DNA of 63,500 nucleotides, counting the filler, from Octopus bimaculoides (lineage: Eukaryota): NCBI RefSeq assembly GCF_001194135.2. It is 8 parts of 8 records of this genome, joined end to end, with 100 filler letters (N's around TTAATTAATTAA, not from the genome) between each part and the next. Parts side by side here need not be neighbours in the genome. Positions count along the whole stretch, not along the records: positions 32,294 to 47,557 come from NC_068993.1; positions 47,658 to 54,558 come from NC_068986.1; 6 more parts are not named here. One strand, written 5' to 3'. The translations under genes and the position numbers were made by a program. Of the stretch, positions 37,560 through 50,645 are shown one piece after another (position 1 is the stretch's first letter; each line of letters begins with the position of its first letter). Below the pieces are notes generated by a model, which was given only the letters and a program-made list of their open reading frames with translations, did not search any database and was not told the origin of the DNA.

Positions 37560-37870
37560 CGTCACTGCTTTCGTTGTAAATATCTTCATTTTCATTTTCT
37601 GTGTGATATCCGATGTGACAGTAGGGGTGTTTTCGTATATATTCACAACCCCTGCAACTCTACGTTCACCTTCCTGAAAAGAAAAATCCTTATCCCCTCT
37701 CTTCCTGATCTTATCCACCACATAATTTTTCTTTTCCGCCACCATCAGACAGTGGAAGACTATTCACACTTGCTTACTATGAAAGGCCATGGCTCCAGCT
37801 TCATAACTGATTTCACCGACAGCTTGTTAAATCTTGCACCGATACCAGTTTTTCGAAATAACCTCAGAAA
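37560..37870 (-). mobile_element. Possible Tc1 transposase N-terminal relic
   Basis: EKTGIGARFNKLSVKSV...RSGRGDK...RRVAGVV...TPTVTSDIT weakly resembles the Tc1 HTH region; heavily mutated. Confidence 0.35.
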
Positions 37871-39202
37871 TTAGCAGTTTGATAACCTGCATGGGCATCG
37901 AAAGATATTAATGTATCTATATATACACTTGTTCTATACATACTTGCTTATAAACGCAGCATATTTAAACGGATTTTGCGAAAAATGCAGTAAAATAAAT
38001 ATCTGTTCTTCACTTGTGATTTCTCCACAATTTTTATGTCTTTCTATAATGTCTTTCACCTAACACAACAAATATAATTATGTTATGAATTATATTTGCT
38101 TATTTTTCACAAGTTTTATCTTAAATCATTACCATTTCGTCGGAATGTATTGTGAAAGCAAAATATGACCTTCATTTCCCTCTCCCTTTACGATTATTTT
38201 ACGTTAAATAAACGACTACGAGCTATTAAGAGAATATGCCAGTTACTCTTTTGTTGTCATAGATAACCCGTAATAGAGTAAACATCGTATCGAATCTCCG
38301 GCCTACTTCCGCAATGTGGATCAAAAGATGAGTTGTACAATGTTAGGCGATCGATGGCTTTACCATTTTACATGACGTGGAAAGAACTACCAGGGTGTAA
38401 TGCCAACTACATGTTTTAGAGTCTTAGCAAAACTGATTTTCCTGTAAAGTAAAAATAGAATATTTTCTAACGAAAGTTAAATTCAACATCCTGGCCACTT
38501 TATTATGATGAAAAAAAGTTTTTTTTTTCCGTTTCCTCAACACGGTGTACAAATAGTCTGAAATACTCTGTGAAGAAGCTGCTTATTGGGTGAGGTGCTG
38601 CAACTTTTGTGTATCCTGAATACATACCTCAAGTAAAATTGAATGAATACAATGTTATTTAACGGATGATCGCGTTACAGACTTATCACTATCTAGATAG
38701 AAGCTTCTCGCCTCAAGACTGAAGAAAACATTACAGGAAATTATGCGAGTTAGTCTCAATTCAAAACCTTTTTTTTTTTTGTTATGCATTAAGCAAGATG
38801 ATCCTCTCAGTTGTTGCAATGATATCAATGAACTCTTCAGAAACTTTTCTCACACGCATCTTTTCGCTAATTATATTGATTCATTGGTTCATTGCGAGAT
38901 AACGTAAATCTAATCCTAATGTATATCGAAAATGTACAGTCAGGCAGCTTCATTTAGGAATCTATCCACCTAAAAGAATCTTATTGAAAAATAGGAACAA
39001 ACATGTCAGCTTAAGACAATGCGGTTCTGTATTCGATCCCATCCAATACCTCTGGCTAACAAATATTTTTTTATGAACTATTTTACTCAACCACAGCGCA
39101 TCACAGATACAGACACAAGCACACTTTGCCACACAAACACGTACATACATACATATACACACACACACACACACACACACGCACGCACACACNNNNNNNN
39201 NN

Positions 39203-39241
<39 letters not shown>

Positions 39242-39560
39242 TATAATGCTCAACATTCTTTCGGATCTTATAGATATACCTGGCCTCTTTGTTTTGCTAC
39301 TTTTTATATAGAATGTAACTTTTCTTCTACACTTATTGTTATTTTATGTAAATAGTTTTCAAGCAATCCCTTTTACATTTTTTTATATACTTTTTCCAAT
39401 CTTCTCTCCCTTATCCCCGTGTACATATGTATATATATATATATATAACTTAAGTAATGATGGAGGGTAGAAATTCATATTAATATATTAATTAATATCA
39501 ATTTAAACCAGTCGACTACCATACTTAAAAAATCCGAAGATTAAGAAATTATATTACATA

Positions 39561-39934
39561 CATATGTAAGAGGAATAACCACCAAGGTGGATTCCTGATA
39601 TGCTGGAAGAAGACACTAAAATAATCTCACCTTACCACGAAGAATGTGTTCTCAAGAAATTTCAGCGAATGCCAGTATGTTTAGTCCTGTGAATTATGTT
39701 TACCATGCGACGACTGTACTGCAGAAGTGCAGATGTTTACATTCGAAAATGTTAACAGCGAAGCGTAGATATGTAGTTTATCTCCAAAGTTTGTATCTTT
39801 TTATTTGTCTTGCTCGTCTTACATCCTGGCGTTTGCTGAAATTTCTGGAGAACACATTCTTCGTGGTAAGGCGATTTAGCGTCTTCTCCTAGCATATTAT
39901 GAATCCACCTTGGTGGTTATTCCTCTTATATATG
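39561..39934. mobile_element. MITE-like fold-back element with TIRs over 100 bp
   Basis: CATAT(G/A)TAAGAGGAATAACCACCAAGGTGGATTC...CCTTACCACGAAGAATGTGTTCTC(A/C)AGAAATTTCAGC present as an inverted pair. Confidence 0.85.
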
Positions 39935-41116
39935 CATGAAGAAGAATAATAACAGCAGCAGCAACAACAACAACAACAACGATAATATTAATTACACGTT
40001 TCCTCCATGTTAACCTTGTTTTAATGAATTCCTTTATTCCTTTATTTTGTTATTTGAAAGGATCTGTAAAATCATTTTTAAAAAAATGCCATTGCTTCAT
40101 ATTTATAGAAAATTTATTTTTTGAGTCGTCGTTTATATTTTTACAAATGTTCAGACCATCGGAAGTAACAGTTTGCACACTGTTTAAATAATTATACGAA
40201 AAGTTTCTGGGTATTATGTCTTTGCTCATGTAGATGTAGTTAAGAACTGCTTTGATTCTCATAAAAATTTGGAGTCGGAATGTCGATAAAATTATACTTA
40301 TTATGTGGTTGTTTAGATTTATTTGCAAAATGTGTGGTGCCTAAATTATAAGAAACGAAAATGATTTCATCAATGCATTGATTCAAAACATAGATAAGAC
40401 GAGGGATTTAGTAATGAAGTCTTCAATGTTAATTATTTTTGCAATGCATATCATTACAACCAGGTCCAAGTTTTTGAGAGAAAATCAGTCAAGACTTTAA
40501 AAAACTGTATAATCTATATTTTTCAATTAAATTCGTAAATGATTAAATATAATATATCAAAAGAAAGTCAAAATTAATAATGTATAATTAATTAAGTGTA
40601 AGCACCGTATTATAGTTCAATTTCTATGTAAATTGTTATATAAATGTAAAATTATAATGTATACAAATGCACTCATAGATGTAAATATATAACGTGTACA
40701 GCAAGGCAAAACAATTAGAATAAGGAAGTTTGTTTAGAAGTTACAGACATTGAATAAACAGAATTTTAATTATAAACTAATCCAAAAGCTTAATCTAAGA
40801 ATAAGCGTATACATTTGCAATTGTTGATGATTAGATGTATAAACGAGAAATTGTGATAAACCCAAGCAAATCCATCCATTTAAAGCATGAATTGGAAGTA
40901 CTTACACTATAGAGCATCACCAGATCAAGTTTCCTATACATCTGTAACATGAAGAAAATTGGGGTTCGGTCTTGTGAGTGGATCTCCATGATACTACGTG
41001 CGTAAAATCACACGCATAAAGACAGATTACTGCATTTCAGTAAAAATAAACGGTTTCTTTAAATTTCAAATTGATTGTTATGCGTCAACTATATTTCTAA
41101 TTAATGCACCGCTAGT

Positions 41117-42520
41117 ACCATGTTGAGTCAAAAGTTCTTTCGTATTATATCGCCATGTTTTATCATTAATTTGATACAACTTGTTGTCCAATCATTGCTT
41201 AATTGTTTATTTTTTTTATTTTCAAATATAACATATAAGTCTTAATTGCTTATTCTTTGTTTTACAGCGTCGAGGATGAGTGGTGAAAACATTGCATTTA
41301 GAGCCATTTTATGCTACTTTTCGAAGAAAAGGGGACCGATCGCAAGAGCAGCAGCAAAAGAAATTAATGATGTGGAAGGCCCAGGAATTGTCAACATTGG
41401 GTCAGACGTTTGAATGAAGGTGACAGTAGAAGACAAACCGATGTCATGTAGATCTTCTGTTGGAGAAAATGAGGCTTTGCTTGAAATGTTTGAACAAGAG
41501 CCAAGGCGGCGAGCTGGCAGAAACGTTAGCACGCCGGGCGAAATGCTTAGCGGTATTTCGTCTGTCTTTACCTTCTGAGTTCAAATTCCGCCGAGGTCGA
41601 CTTTGCCTTTCATCCTTTCAGGGTCGATAAATTAAGTACCAGTGAAACACTGAGGTCGATGTAATCGACTTAATCCGTTTGTCTGTCCTTGTTTGTCCCT
41701 TGTATGTTTAGCCCCTTGTGGGCAATGAAGAAATAAGAGCCAAACACAAGCACTCGTTCATCGTCGGCTTTACGAAGCACCATCACTTCCATAAGCTTGA
41801 CCTTTTGAACAGACGTTATCGAGAAGTTCATCGTGAACGGTCCCAATGACCAGGATCAACGACGTGTGAGTATTTGCAAACAACTGCTGGAAAATCATCG
41901 GGAAGGTCGTTTTCGACGTCGAATTGTTACTGAGGAAGGAAAATGGATCTAATTTCGAAATCCTTATAGGAGAGATCACTGACTTGACTTCGGCCAGGCT
42001 TCAGAAACTCTTGTCAAGCAAGGGCGATTTGAACAGAAGGTCCTGTTGTCATGTTGGCGGAATTTCGACGATGTACTGCACTTCGAGCTTGTCCCGGATA
42101 TTCATGCTGTGAACGTTTATATTTGGGCTCAACAAGAGCAGCAAGTATACGATGCTTTGTAAGCCTGCTACTCGGGATTAGTCAATGGAAGATGCGCACT
42201 CTTACAACATGAGAATGGTCCAGCATACACTGCCAATGTGACCAAGCGCAAACTTCTAGAATTTGAGAATCTGGAAGTGATGCCTCAACCTGCCTACAGC
42301 CCAGTCTTCGCACCATTAGATTATTATTTTTTTCGAGCCATGGCACATTTCCTGCACGGACAGGGATTTGACAGTGTGAATAAGATAAGAAACGGGTGAT
42401 GGAAGATGTTTCCTCAAAAAGCAGCCAAATGGAATACGCGTGGAATTGGGCTTCAGGCAGAACGATGGCAACATACGATAGAAATATGGTGTGATATAAT
42501 TTGGTGAATAAAGGCTTTTC
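41117..42520 (+). mobile_element. Degenerate mariner (DD34D-type) transposon interrupted by a SINE
   Basis: AAKEINDVEGPGIV, EDKP..RSS, RRIVTEEGKWI, LLQHENGPAYTA, PQPAYSPVFAPLDYYFF, GIGLQAERWQ; a TIR-like left end ATGTTGAGTCAAAAGTTCTTTCG, no convincing right TIR. Confidence 0.9.
41505..41734 (+). mobile_element. SINE family A (tail type 1), full length with TSD
   Basis: Flanked by AAGAGCCAA at 41496-41504 and 41735-41743. Confidence 0.92.
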
Positions 42521-44274
42521 GTATGAAATTTGTTTAAACGATTAATTAAAGTTTGAAATACAAAAAAAAAAAAAGCGAAAAAGTTGTCATTTTACGCAAG
42601 TTGCATTTTGAAATTTACTGGATCAGAAATAAGTTTGGGTGATGGATGTTTGTATTTCTTTGCACAAAAGAATCTTTTGTCTTCTTCAAGTTCAAGTTAA
42701 GCAAAATCAAAATGTTGGGGTTTCAGTCGTACTTACTTGACGATGACTAATAGGTACATTGTTTGATATTTGTCCCTGTAACAATAAAACATTTTAACGT
42801 TGGTTTGGCTTCTCAAACGCCTTTTGGAAAACAAATATACTTCAAACAAATGGTATCATTGCATTTCTGAATAGGCATCATTGCATTTATTCTCAATAGT
42901 TGTACTATTGGAATATCAAGCTTTAAAAGTATTCGCGGTTATGCCAATTTATGCCTGAAATACACGGTAAACTGTATACAGGATTTAGTATCGTCATTTT
43001 CATCTAGTGGCTGATTTCTCATAAAATTTTGATTTTAATGAGTTTCAGCACGCTCGTAAATTTCTGATTGCATTGTAAGTTGATTTTAAATGTACTCCTA
43101 ATGCTTCTTTGACATTTTCTCTTGTTATTGGTTTCGTGTTTTGATGTAGTTAAATTATACATCTTACTTTTCGCTTTCTAGTACTACCCATGATGGTACA
43201 AAATTATCGTAAACTTCTGTTGGCTTAGCACGATCCGCAGATAGGATCTATTGTTGGTATTTTATTTTTAGGTAGCGTGTTTCTATTTTCAGTAACTCGC
43301 AGCTTTAGCTGTATCAATATAACTTTGTGCGCATGTATGTGTGTTTGTGTGTGTGTGTGTGTGTGTGCTACTTTGTTTAATTTAACACATGCGCACGCAC
43401 ACGCAAACACACATTTCTTTTTCTCTGTCACACTATATATATTTACGTGTAAACAGCATATTTAAATAGATTTTCTAAAAATGTAGTAAAATAGATATCT
43501 TTTATTCACTTGTGATGTTTCATCAATATTTAACTGCAGTTATAAATAGCAGTTATGTGCTCTAACTACATTAAAAATAACCTTTCTTTTCCAGTTGCCT
43601 TATTATAAGAATTTTCCACATTTGCAAGGGTGCAAAAAAATGTGACTCATTCATTAATGTTGTATATGTGACACAAAAATGTCACTATGCATTGGCTAAA
43701 TAAGACAATACCTGCTCATACAGCCACTTCACACAATCACCAGGTTAAAACATTCTAGCATTTGAGAATGGCTTACACCGTCCTTGGCTATATTCTAAAT
43801 TTCACACGACATATTAACTGGACTAACCGTTTGATGTCGGCTTCAGATGCGGTTATCACTTGACCTAAATACACGGCCATAACATAAAAATCTGATACAA
43901 AAATTTCATTACTTCACCACGTGAGCATTCTCAACGAATCAATCAGTATGTTTTCTAATTGGGAAGTCAATCACATTCTCTCAATAAAAAAACGAACGAA
44001 ATTTGAACAACGGCCAGATACAACGTGTGACACAGATTCTCGTTTCTCATATATTATAATTTTGATTAATACAAAAAAATAATAAACTTCTTTTACACTT
44101 TCAGTGCATTTTCAGCTTCATTTATTCGCTTTATACTACTTCTTGCATGGATTAGTAAATATTTTCTTTGTCAGTCTCTCTCTCTCCCCCTCTCACTCTC
44201 ACTCTCTTTCTCTCTCTCCCACTCTCTCTTTCTCTCTCTCTTTCTCTCTTTCTATGTGTGTATATATATATATA

Positions 44275-44485
44275 TGTATATATAAACAATATATGAGTAT
44301 ATGCATATATATGTACATGTATGTATATACGTTCATCTACATGTACATATAGATACATAACTGGGTACATGACGTGGCAAAAAAACAAGGACAAAATGGT
44401 AAACTAGGTGCAACAAACAAGCAGGCCACATAGAAACATCCCCTTCATCAGCTGCCACCATTAAAACTCCGGCGTTTCGAAGAAT
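44275..44485 (-). repeat. Unclassified dispersed repeat (copy 2)
   Basis: Reverse-complement homologue of 25670-25885. Confidence 0.75.
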
Positions 44486-45714
44486 TAATACGGTGAGAGA
44501 TAAATAGGTATATACACCCATATGCACAAACACGTACATACGTGCATATCGAGATCGAGTATACGGCAGTGGTGTATGGTAGTGATCACCGCGTATTTTG
44601 TGTGTCAGGGATTAGTTTACACTGTCCAATGTCATTTGACATGGTAGCTTATAATTTGATTGACTGATAATTTAAGCAAGGGTCGAAAAGACAGTACAAG
44701 TTTCAACTTTCAACTTTGGTTATGACATCATTTAATATTCATTAGAAGTTAAACATACAACACCTTTTACTGTATCTATTTATGTATATGAGAAGGTACA
44801 ACTCCTATGTATTCAATATAGCATCAAAATCAGTGCCATTTTACACAAGTTACACCTAATAAAGATGTGCTCTACGCACGTCTTCATTATAAGGCTTTCA
44901 AAGATTAACCAGGAAAACCGCTAAATATTAGAATCGGAGCCATCGAACAAATGAGAGATGAATAATAATCACAACTAAGGAGGAATGAAATCGAAATTCT
45001 ATGACGCAACAGTATAAACTTTCTATGTATACTACATACGGAAAATAATACAAATAGCACAGGTATGACGAAGAGAGAATTCTAGAGATTCGACTAGTGT
45101 ATATTCCAGTGCAATATGGCAGCTATTTGAGTACATGCTTTCATATAAATTGAATTGTTCTATTGTCTACCACTATGTCACGCCTATTAAAACTGGTTAG
45201 TCTATAACATGAAACAAATGTTCGTAAGATCAAATTTATTTCTAGTGCATGAACATAGAAATGGTATAACAATAAAATAAGATCAAAACATAGGCAATGT
45301 AGTGCTTGTAGATCAAAGAATAGCGGATTAATACTAGTTTTCCATCTGTAATAATAGCGCATCTAAAATAATATAACATGTAATTAAATGCAGGAACATG
45401 AGCAGGGTGATTCAATAAGTTACTGTACTACATATTTAGAAATTGTGTGCCCATATGCTGCCAGAGAGAGTGATTTGTGTCCGTGCTAAATGTACACAAT
45501 GCTCAAATCTAACTTTAGGTTAGTAGGCACCAGCGCGTGATACACCAAAATATGAAAAGCAAATCAACAACACGAACAGCAGTGCTGTAGACATGAACAA
45601 GATTCAAGTCAATTGGGAGTTTTATGTCTCATAAATGTTCAGAAAAAACACGGTCTGCCATGTGTCGACTAATTTCTTTCATGTGAACAAAAAGTTAGAA
45701 GGAGCAGAGAATGA

Positions 45715-46210
45715 AGTAAATGAGATTATTAGAGGTACATATGAAGGAGTTAGTGATATGGGCAGAGCAGTGGTGGGTAGCATTAAAATGGGTGGTGTTA
45801 AAGAGGAGTAGTCAGTTGCGGCACCCTGGGCAAGAGGAAGTAAAGGATTCTATTTCAGTGCCAGAAGAAGGAGAAGAACTACGATCCAGCAAGTTGTGTA
45901 GGCAGTGGGTTCATTAGAAGGAAATGATGGGGGAAACATGGGAGATGGTGTACGGATTAAAGTCCGCAGAATAAGCTTAAGATAGTGCGTTGGAGATGTA
46001 GCGCGGGTTGATGGTGGGTGATGGTTAAGGGGAAGTGGATAAGGGTGCGACGGACATGGAGAGAGGACTGATGCAAGGTTAACAAACCGAGCGTGGGCTA
46101 GAGCAGCTGGGAATATAATGGTGGAGCAAACTCGTGTGACATGGAGGAACCATTAGTTGGGACTGGGTCTCCAAGTCATGATTGTCACTACAGATTCCGT
46201 GTATTAGAAT
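45715..46210 (-). mobile_element. Penelope-like element fragment (same family as 18250-19500)
   Basis: CSDNHDLETQSQLM and HITNSFICTSNNLIY match CSDNHDFETYSQLM and HITNSLTCTSSNVIY of the other copy. Confidence 0.75.
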
Positions 46211-46479
46211 ATGGAAACGAAAATATCAAGGAAGATACCGGAGGTGTGAGACAGAGCAAGGCCGCTGTCTAATAATTGAAACAAAGAAAAGCATAAAAAC
46301 GGATAAAAATGTTTGTATCTATTTGAGACTACATATATTTCATATATTTATATTCAAACGCGCGCAAACTGACACTCACCCACCTGCACACAAGCATACA
46401 TACATGCATGCACGCATGCATGAATACATACATGCATATGTGTGTATGTGAGTGCGTGCGCGTGCGCGCACATATGTTC

Positions 46480-46704
46480 TTTTATTCTTGTCTTTCATTT
46501 GTTGCAATCATTTGACTGCGACCATGCTAGTGCACTGCTTTGAAGTGCTTTAGTCGAGCAAATCGACACGAGAACTTATTTCTGGAGTCTAGTACTTATT
46601 CTATCGTGTCTTTTGCCGAACCGCTAGATTACGGGAACGTAAGCATACCAATATCAACTTTCTCGCGGAGATGGGATCAAACACGGACAAAAAAGCGCGC
46701 GCAT

Positions 46705-46736
<32 letters not shown>

Positions 46737-46905
46737 NNNNNNNNNNNNNNNNNNNNNNNNNNNNNNNNNNNNNNNNNNNNNNNNNNNNNNNNNNNNNNNN
46801 NNNNNNNNNNNNNNNNNNNNNNNNNNNNNNNNNNNNNNNNNNNNNNNNNNNNNNNNNNNNNNNNNNNNNNNNNNNNNNNNNNNNNNNNNNNNNNNNNNNN
46901 NNNNN

Positions 46906-46936
<31 letters not shown>

Positions 46937-47090
46937 CGACGGAATTCTTTTAGTTCCGTCTACCAAATCCATTCACAGGCTCTGGTCGGTCCGCGGCTAT
47001 AGTAGAAGACACCTACGCAGGGTGGCACACAGTGGGACAGAACCGGGAGCCATGTGGTCCGGAAGCAAGATTTTTCCTACACAGCCGTGC
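46480..47090 (-). mobile_element. SINE family B spanning an N gap
   Basis: Tail at 46480-46700 and head at 46935-47090 both match 30291-30690. Confidence 0.75.
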
Positions 47091-47557
47091 CTGCACGTAT
47101 TTTTAAAGGCTGGAGTTCAATTATATCGAATAGGCTGCCAGCCGGAGACTGTTCCACGGCGCGATCCCAACATTGCTCGACACAGGGTCTTTTCCTGCCG
47201 CGTTTCCGCATGGATCGAATCGATCCTACTTACAACCCGGTCCTAATAAGCTCTTTCTTCACCTGCATATTGATACCGAGCTTAGCGTTGATACCCGACG
47301 CCATAGAAGACTGACTACTGGGACTTCGATCCTCAAACTGGCAAAGCAACCAAACTCCCGAGTAGGTGGACTAAGGGGAAAACGACACAATACACACACA
47401 CACACACACACACACACATAAACACACACACACACATACGCTTGCGCACACGCACACACACTCACACACACACACATACGCTTGCGCGCACGCACACACA
47501 CTCACACACACACATGTTTTTATATAAGTACAGGGATCGATTAAAATCGATTTTAAA

Positions 47558-47657
47558 NNNNNNNNNNNNNNNNNNNNNNNNNNNNNNNNNNNNNNNNNNN
47601 NTTAATTAATTAANNNNNNNNNNNNNNNNNNNNNNNNNNNNNNNNNNNNNNNNNNNN
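47558..47657. other. Artificial scaffold linker
   Basis: 44 N + TTAATTAATTAA + 44 N. Confidence 0.95.
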
Positions 47658-47745
47658 ATTGTTATGATCGGCCATTATTATGATTGACCGTTGACTGAAC
47701 ACTATTCAATTTTTTTTCTCCGTGTTTTTCTCCTTGTCTCCGTAT

Positions 47746-47782
47746 TCTTTCTGTTGAAGAGCGTAGCTCGAAACGTCAAAGA
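47746..47782 (+). ncRNA. Minimal hammerhead ribozyme motif, A6U core variant (predicted), in a PLE terminal-repeat-like element (47660-47880)
   Basis: Stem I TCTTT/AAAGA, core CTGTTGA(A), stem II GAGC-GTA-GCTC, GAAA, palindromic ACGT, triplet GUC. Confidence 0.55.
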
Positions 47783-47879
47783 CTTTCCGTATTCCCGAGC
47801 GTCATACTAATATATACTTTTGTTATTTACACCACCTCTCCTCGTCTGTTGTTATTATTTGTATATTCTCCCATATATA

Positions 47880-48035
47880 CGATGGGCTTCTTTCAATTTC
47901 TGTCTTCCAAATTCACTCACAAGGCTTTGGTTAGCCTGAGGCTATAGTAGAAGACACTTGCCTAAGTTGCTGTGCAGTTGGACTGAACCTGGAACTATGT
48001 GATTTGGAAGCAAGCTTCTTACCATAGCCACACCT
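47880..48035 (-). mobile_element. SINE family B, 5' half
   Basis: GGGCTTCTTTCAATTTCTGTC..CACTCACAAGGCTTTGG..GAGGCTATAGTAGAAGACACTTG. Confidence 0.75.
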
Positions 48036-48879
48036 GTTACTGCACAAATATTCGATAACATGTTTTTGGGTTTTTCTTTTATGGGGTTGGTGTAGTTTAT
48101 TCAGGAGACAAAAGTGATGCCTATGACTTTTGTGAGCCCTCAGACTCCAGTAAGGTTGAATTGGTGTTTAGTTTGAACATATAAAAAAGAGACAGAATTC
48201 CCTAGAAATGATGCTCTGACATTAAGTAAAATGCATAGAGCAGGGGAGAAGGCACACGCATAACTGCTATTGTTGTTTAGCTTAGTTTTGGCCTGATAAA
48301 ATAAACCCATAATCACAGGCATTCCGTCCATGACTGTCCAGTCTTTCAGATACAGTATATATGGGACTACATTATCAAATGCATCTTGCTATGTTCAACA
48401 TAATTGTGCATAATTTGAGGGAGATTTGGCTGCTATTTCTAACAGTACAGCCACAGAGCAACCTATTGAGAAATGATTAGTTTGTTGGCTGAACCTGAGT
48501 GGAGGTGGTATACAACTAGCTAATTAAAAGAACTCAAAGCTATTGTATCAGTGATAAAAATAAGTAGTTTTAACCAGAGTATATTTGTTAGAAGCTCTGG
48601 AACACAGTTCAGAATTGTTTTGTCTTCTTTGCTGACTCTGGACGACACGTTTACAATTGTTGGACAGCTGACATTTGTAGCAGTTTACATATCCTAATTT
48701 TCTGTATCAGATTTAATCTATTTACATTTGGTACGTCTTTCTAACAGATGAGGAAACTGTGGTAATGTAGTAATCCGATCAGAAGGGCAACTAAATGCTT
48801 GCAATGAAATTTGAACTTGTGAATAATGAGTAATTGGTTCAAAATATCTGCTTGAAGATCTCATATCGTGTGTGTGTGT

Positions 48880-49105
48880 TATTTCTTTACTACCCACAAG
48901 GGGCTACACACAGAGGGGACAAACAAGCACAGACAAACAGATTAAATCGATTATATCGACCCCAGTGCGTAACTGGTACTTATTTAATCGACCCCGAAAG
49001 GATGAAAGGCAAAGTCGACCTCGGCGGAATTTGAACTCAGAACGTAGCGGGCAGACGAAATACCGCTAAGCATTTCGCCCGGTGTGCTAACGGTTCTGCC
49101 ATATC
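48880..49105 (-). mobile_element. SINE family A (tail type 1)
   Basis: Near-identical in reverse complement to 41505-41734. Confidence 0.85.
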
Positions 49106-49659
49106 GTGTGTGTGTGTGTAATCATTGTTTTTTGCTCGTTTTCGATGCTGATGTGAGTTGGGTGGGTTGAAGGACCACATCTTACTCCAGTGTCTTCGTT
49201 TTTGGCATGGTTTATATGGCTGGATACCTTTCCTAACACCAACTACTTTACAGATTATACTAGATGTGTTTTTCTTGGTACCAACATTATAGAGATTATC
49301 TCGCCTTAGGTAAGACTAAAGAAGCATTGTTGCTGCTTGATTCAGTTTATCCTACTTTTTCTATTGGCACAGTTTTAATGGAATGAAGATCCCACGACTG
49401 AAAGAGTAGAAGTTTGATTTGGTGACAGAAACAGATTTATTATGAGAGAGTGACAGAAGCTACAGAATGAGACATGTGAATTATAGAGACATCGTGAGGG
49501 ATGTGTGATAGGAGTATTCAGTTTTCTGAGAGGGGTGTGTAGCTCAGAGTAACAGTCACAGTCGCAGGACTGTTGAAATTACATGGATATGCAATAACCT
49601 CTTATGAGCAAATGAAGGAATCAAAATACAGCTCAGAGCAAGATTCAAAGAAAACTTAT

Positions 49660-49960
49660 CTATTTACTTGCCAGTGCCCCTGGACTGGCTCTTGTGCGGG
49701 TGGCACATAAAATACACCATTTCAAGCGTGGCCGTTGCCAGTACCGCCTGACTGGCCTTTGTGCGGGTGACACGTAAAAGCACCCACTACACTCTCTGAG
49801 TGGNNNNNNNNNNTTAGGAAGGGCATCCAGCTGTAGAAACTCTGCCAAATCAGATTGGAGCCTGGTGTAGCCATCTGGTTTCACCAGTCCTCAGTCAAAT
49901 CGTCCAACCCATGCTAGCATGGAAAGCGGACGTTAAACGATGATGATGATGATGATGAAG
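49660..49960 (+). mobile_element. Dispersed retroposon 3' end with (GAT)n tail (LINE/SINE tail)
   Basis: AGGAAGGGCATCCAGCTGTAGAAAC..CCAACCCATGCTAGCATGGAAAGCGGACGTTAAACGATGATGAT; related copies at 51530-51750 (+) and 49140-49280 (-). Confidence 0.65.
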
Positions 49961-50645
49961 TTACTAAATGAGAAAAAGATTGGGACACAAACTGATAGAA
50001 AAACCTATAGACTTTATGATTTCCATGAGCAATCAAATTGCTAAAGAACACCTAGCACAAATTGAAGCTCCCAACTTTTGGACATTGGACGTCATACTAT
50101 ATTGTATTGTATGATTTACTACAGATAGCAACGTGTGTGTGTTTGTATGTTCTCCAATTGTAAAGAAAGGCACATTTAAATGGCATCATTTATTTTCAGT
50201 TCTCTGTGTAATCATGTCCAGGTTGTTTGTTGTTCAATATACTGGAGGTATTATTACTTTGATAGGTAAAGATTGGTATCAGGAAGGACATCCAGCCTTA
50301 GTAAATATCGTGTCATTGTAGTTTCATCTAACACATTCAATCATGGAAAAGTAGGAGTGAAAGCAATAATAATATACACACATACAGGTATAGGTAAGTG
50401 TGTATATATATATGTGTGTCTCTGTGTACGTAAGTTCTCCTTGTTTTTATGTGTTTGGCATATGTTAGCAAAATATCAGCCTTACTATCAAATACAGGTG
50501 GTGTTATGTGCTCTAATTAACCAACAAAACATGTCCAGGCTTCATGACATTTTGCGCAATCTTTGTAATAGAAATTTCACTGCTATTTTGAGCTTATATA
50601 TGTGTGTGATAAAATTAAGGTAATCAATACCTATTTGTCATACAT

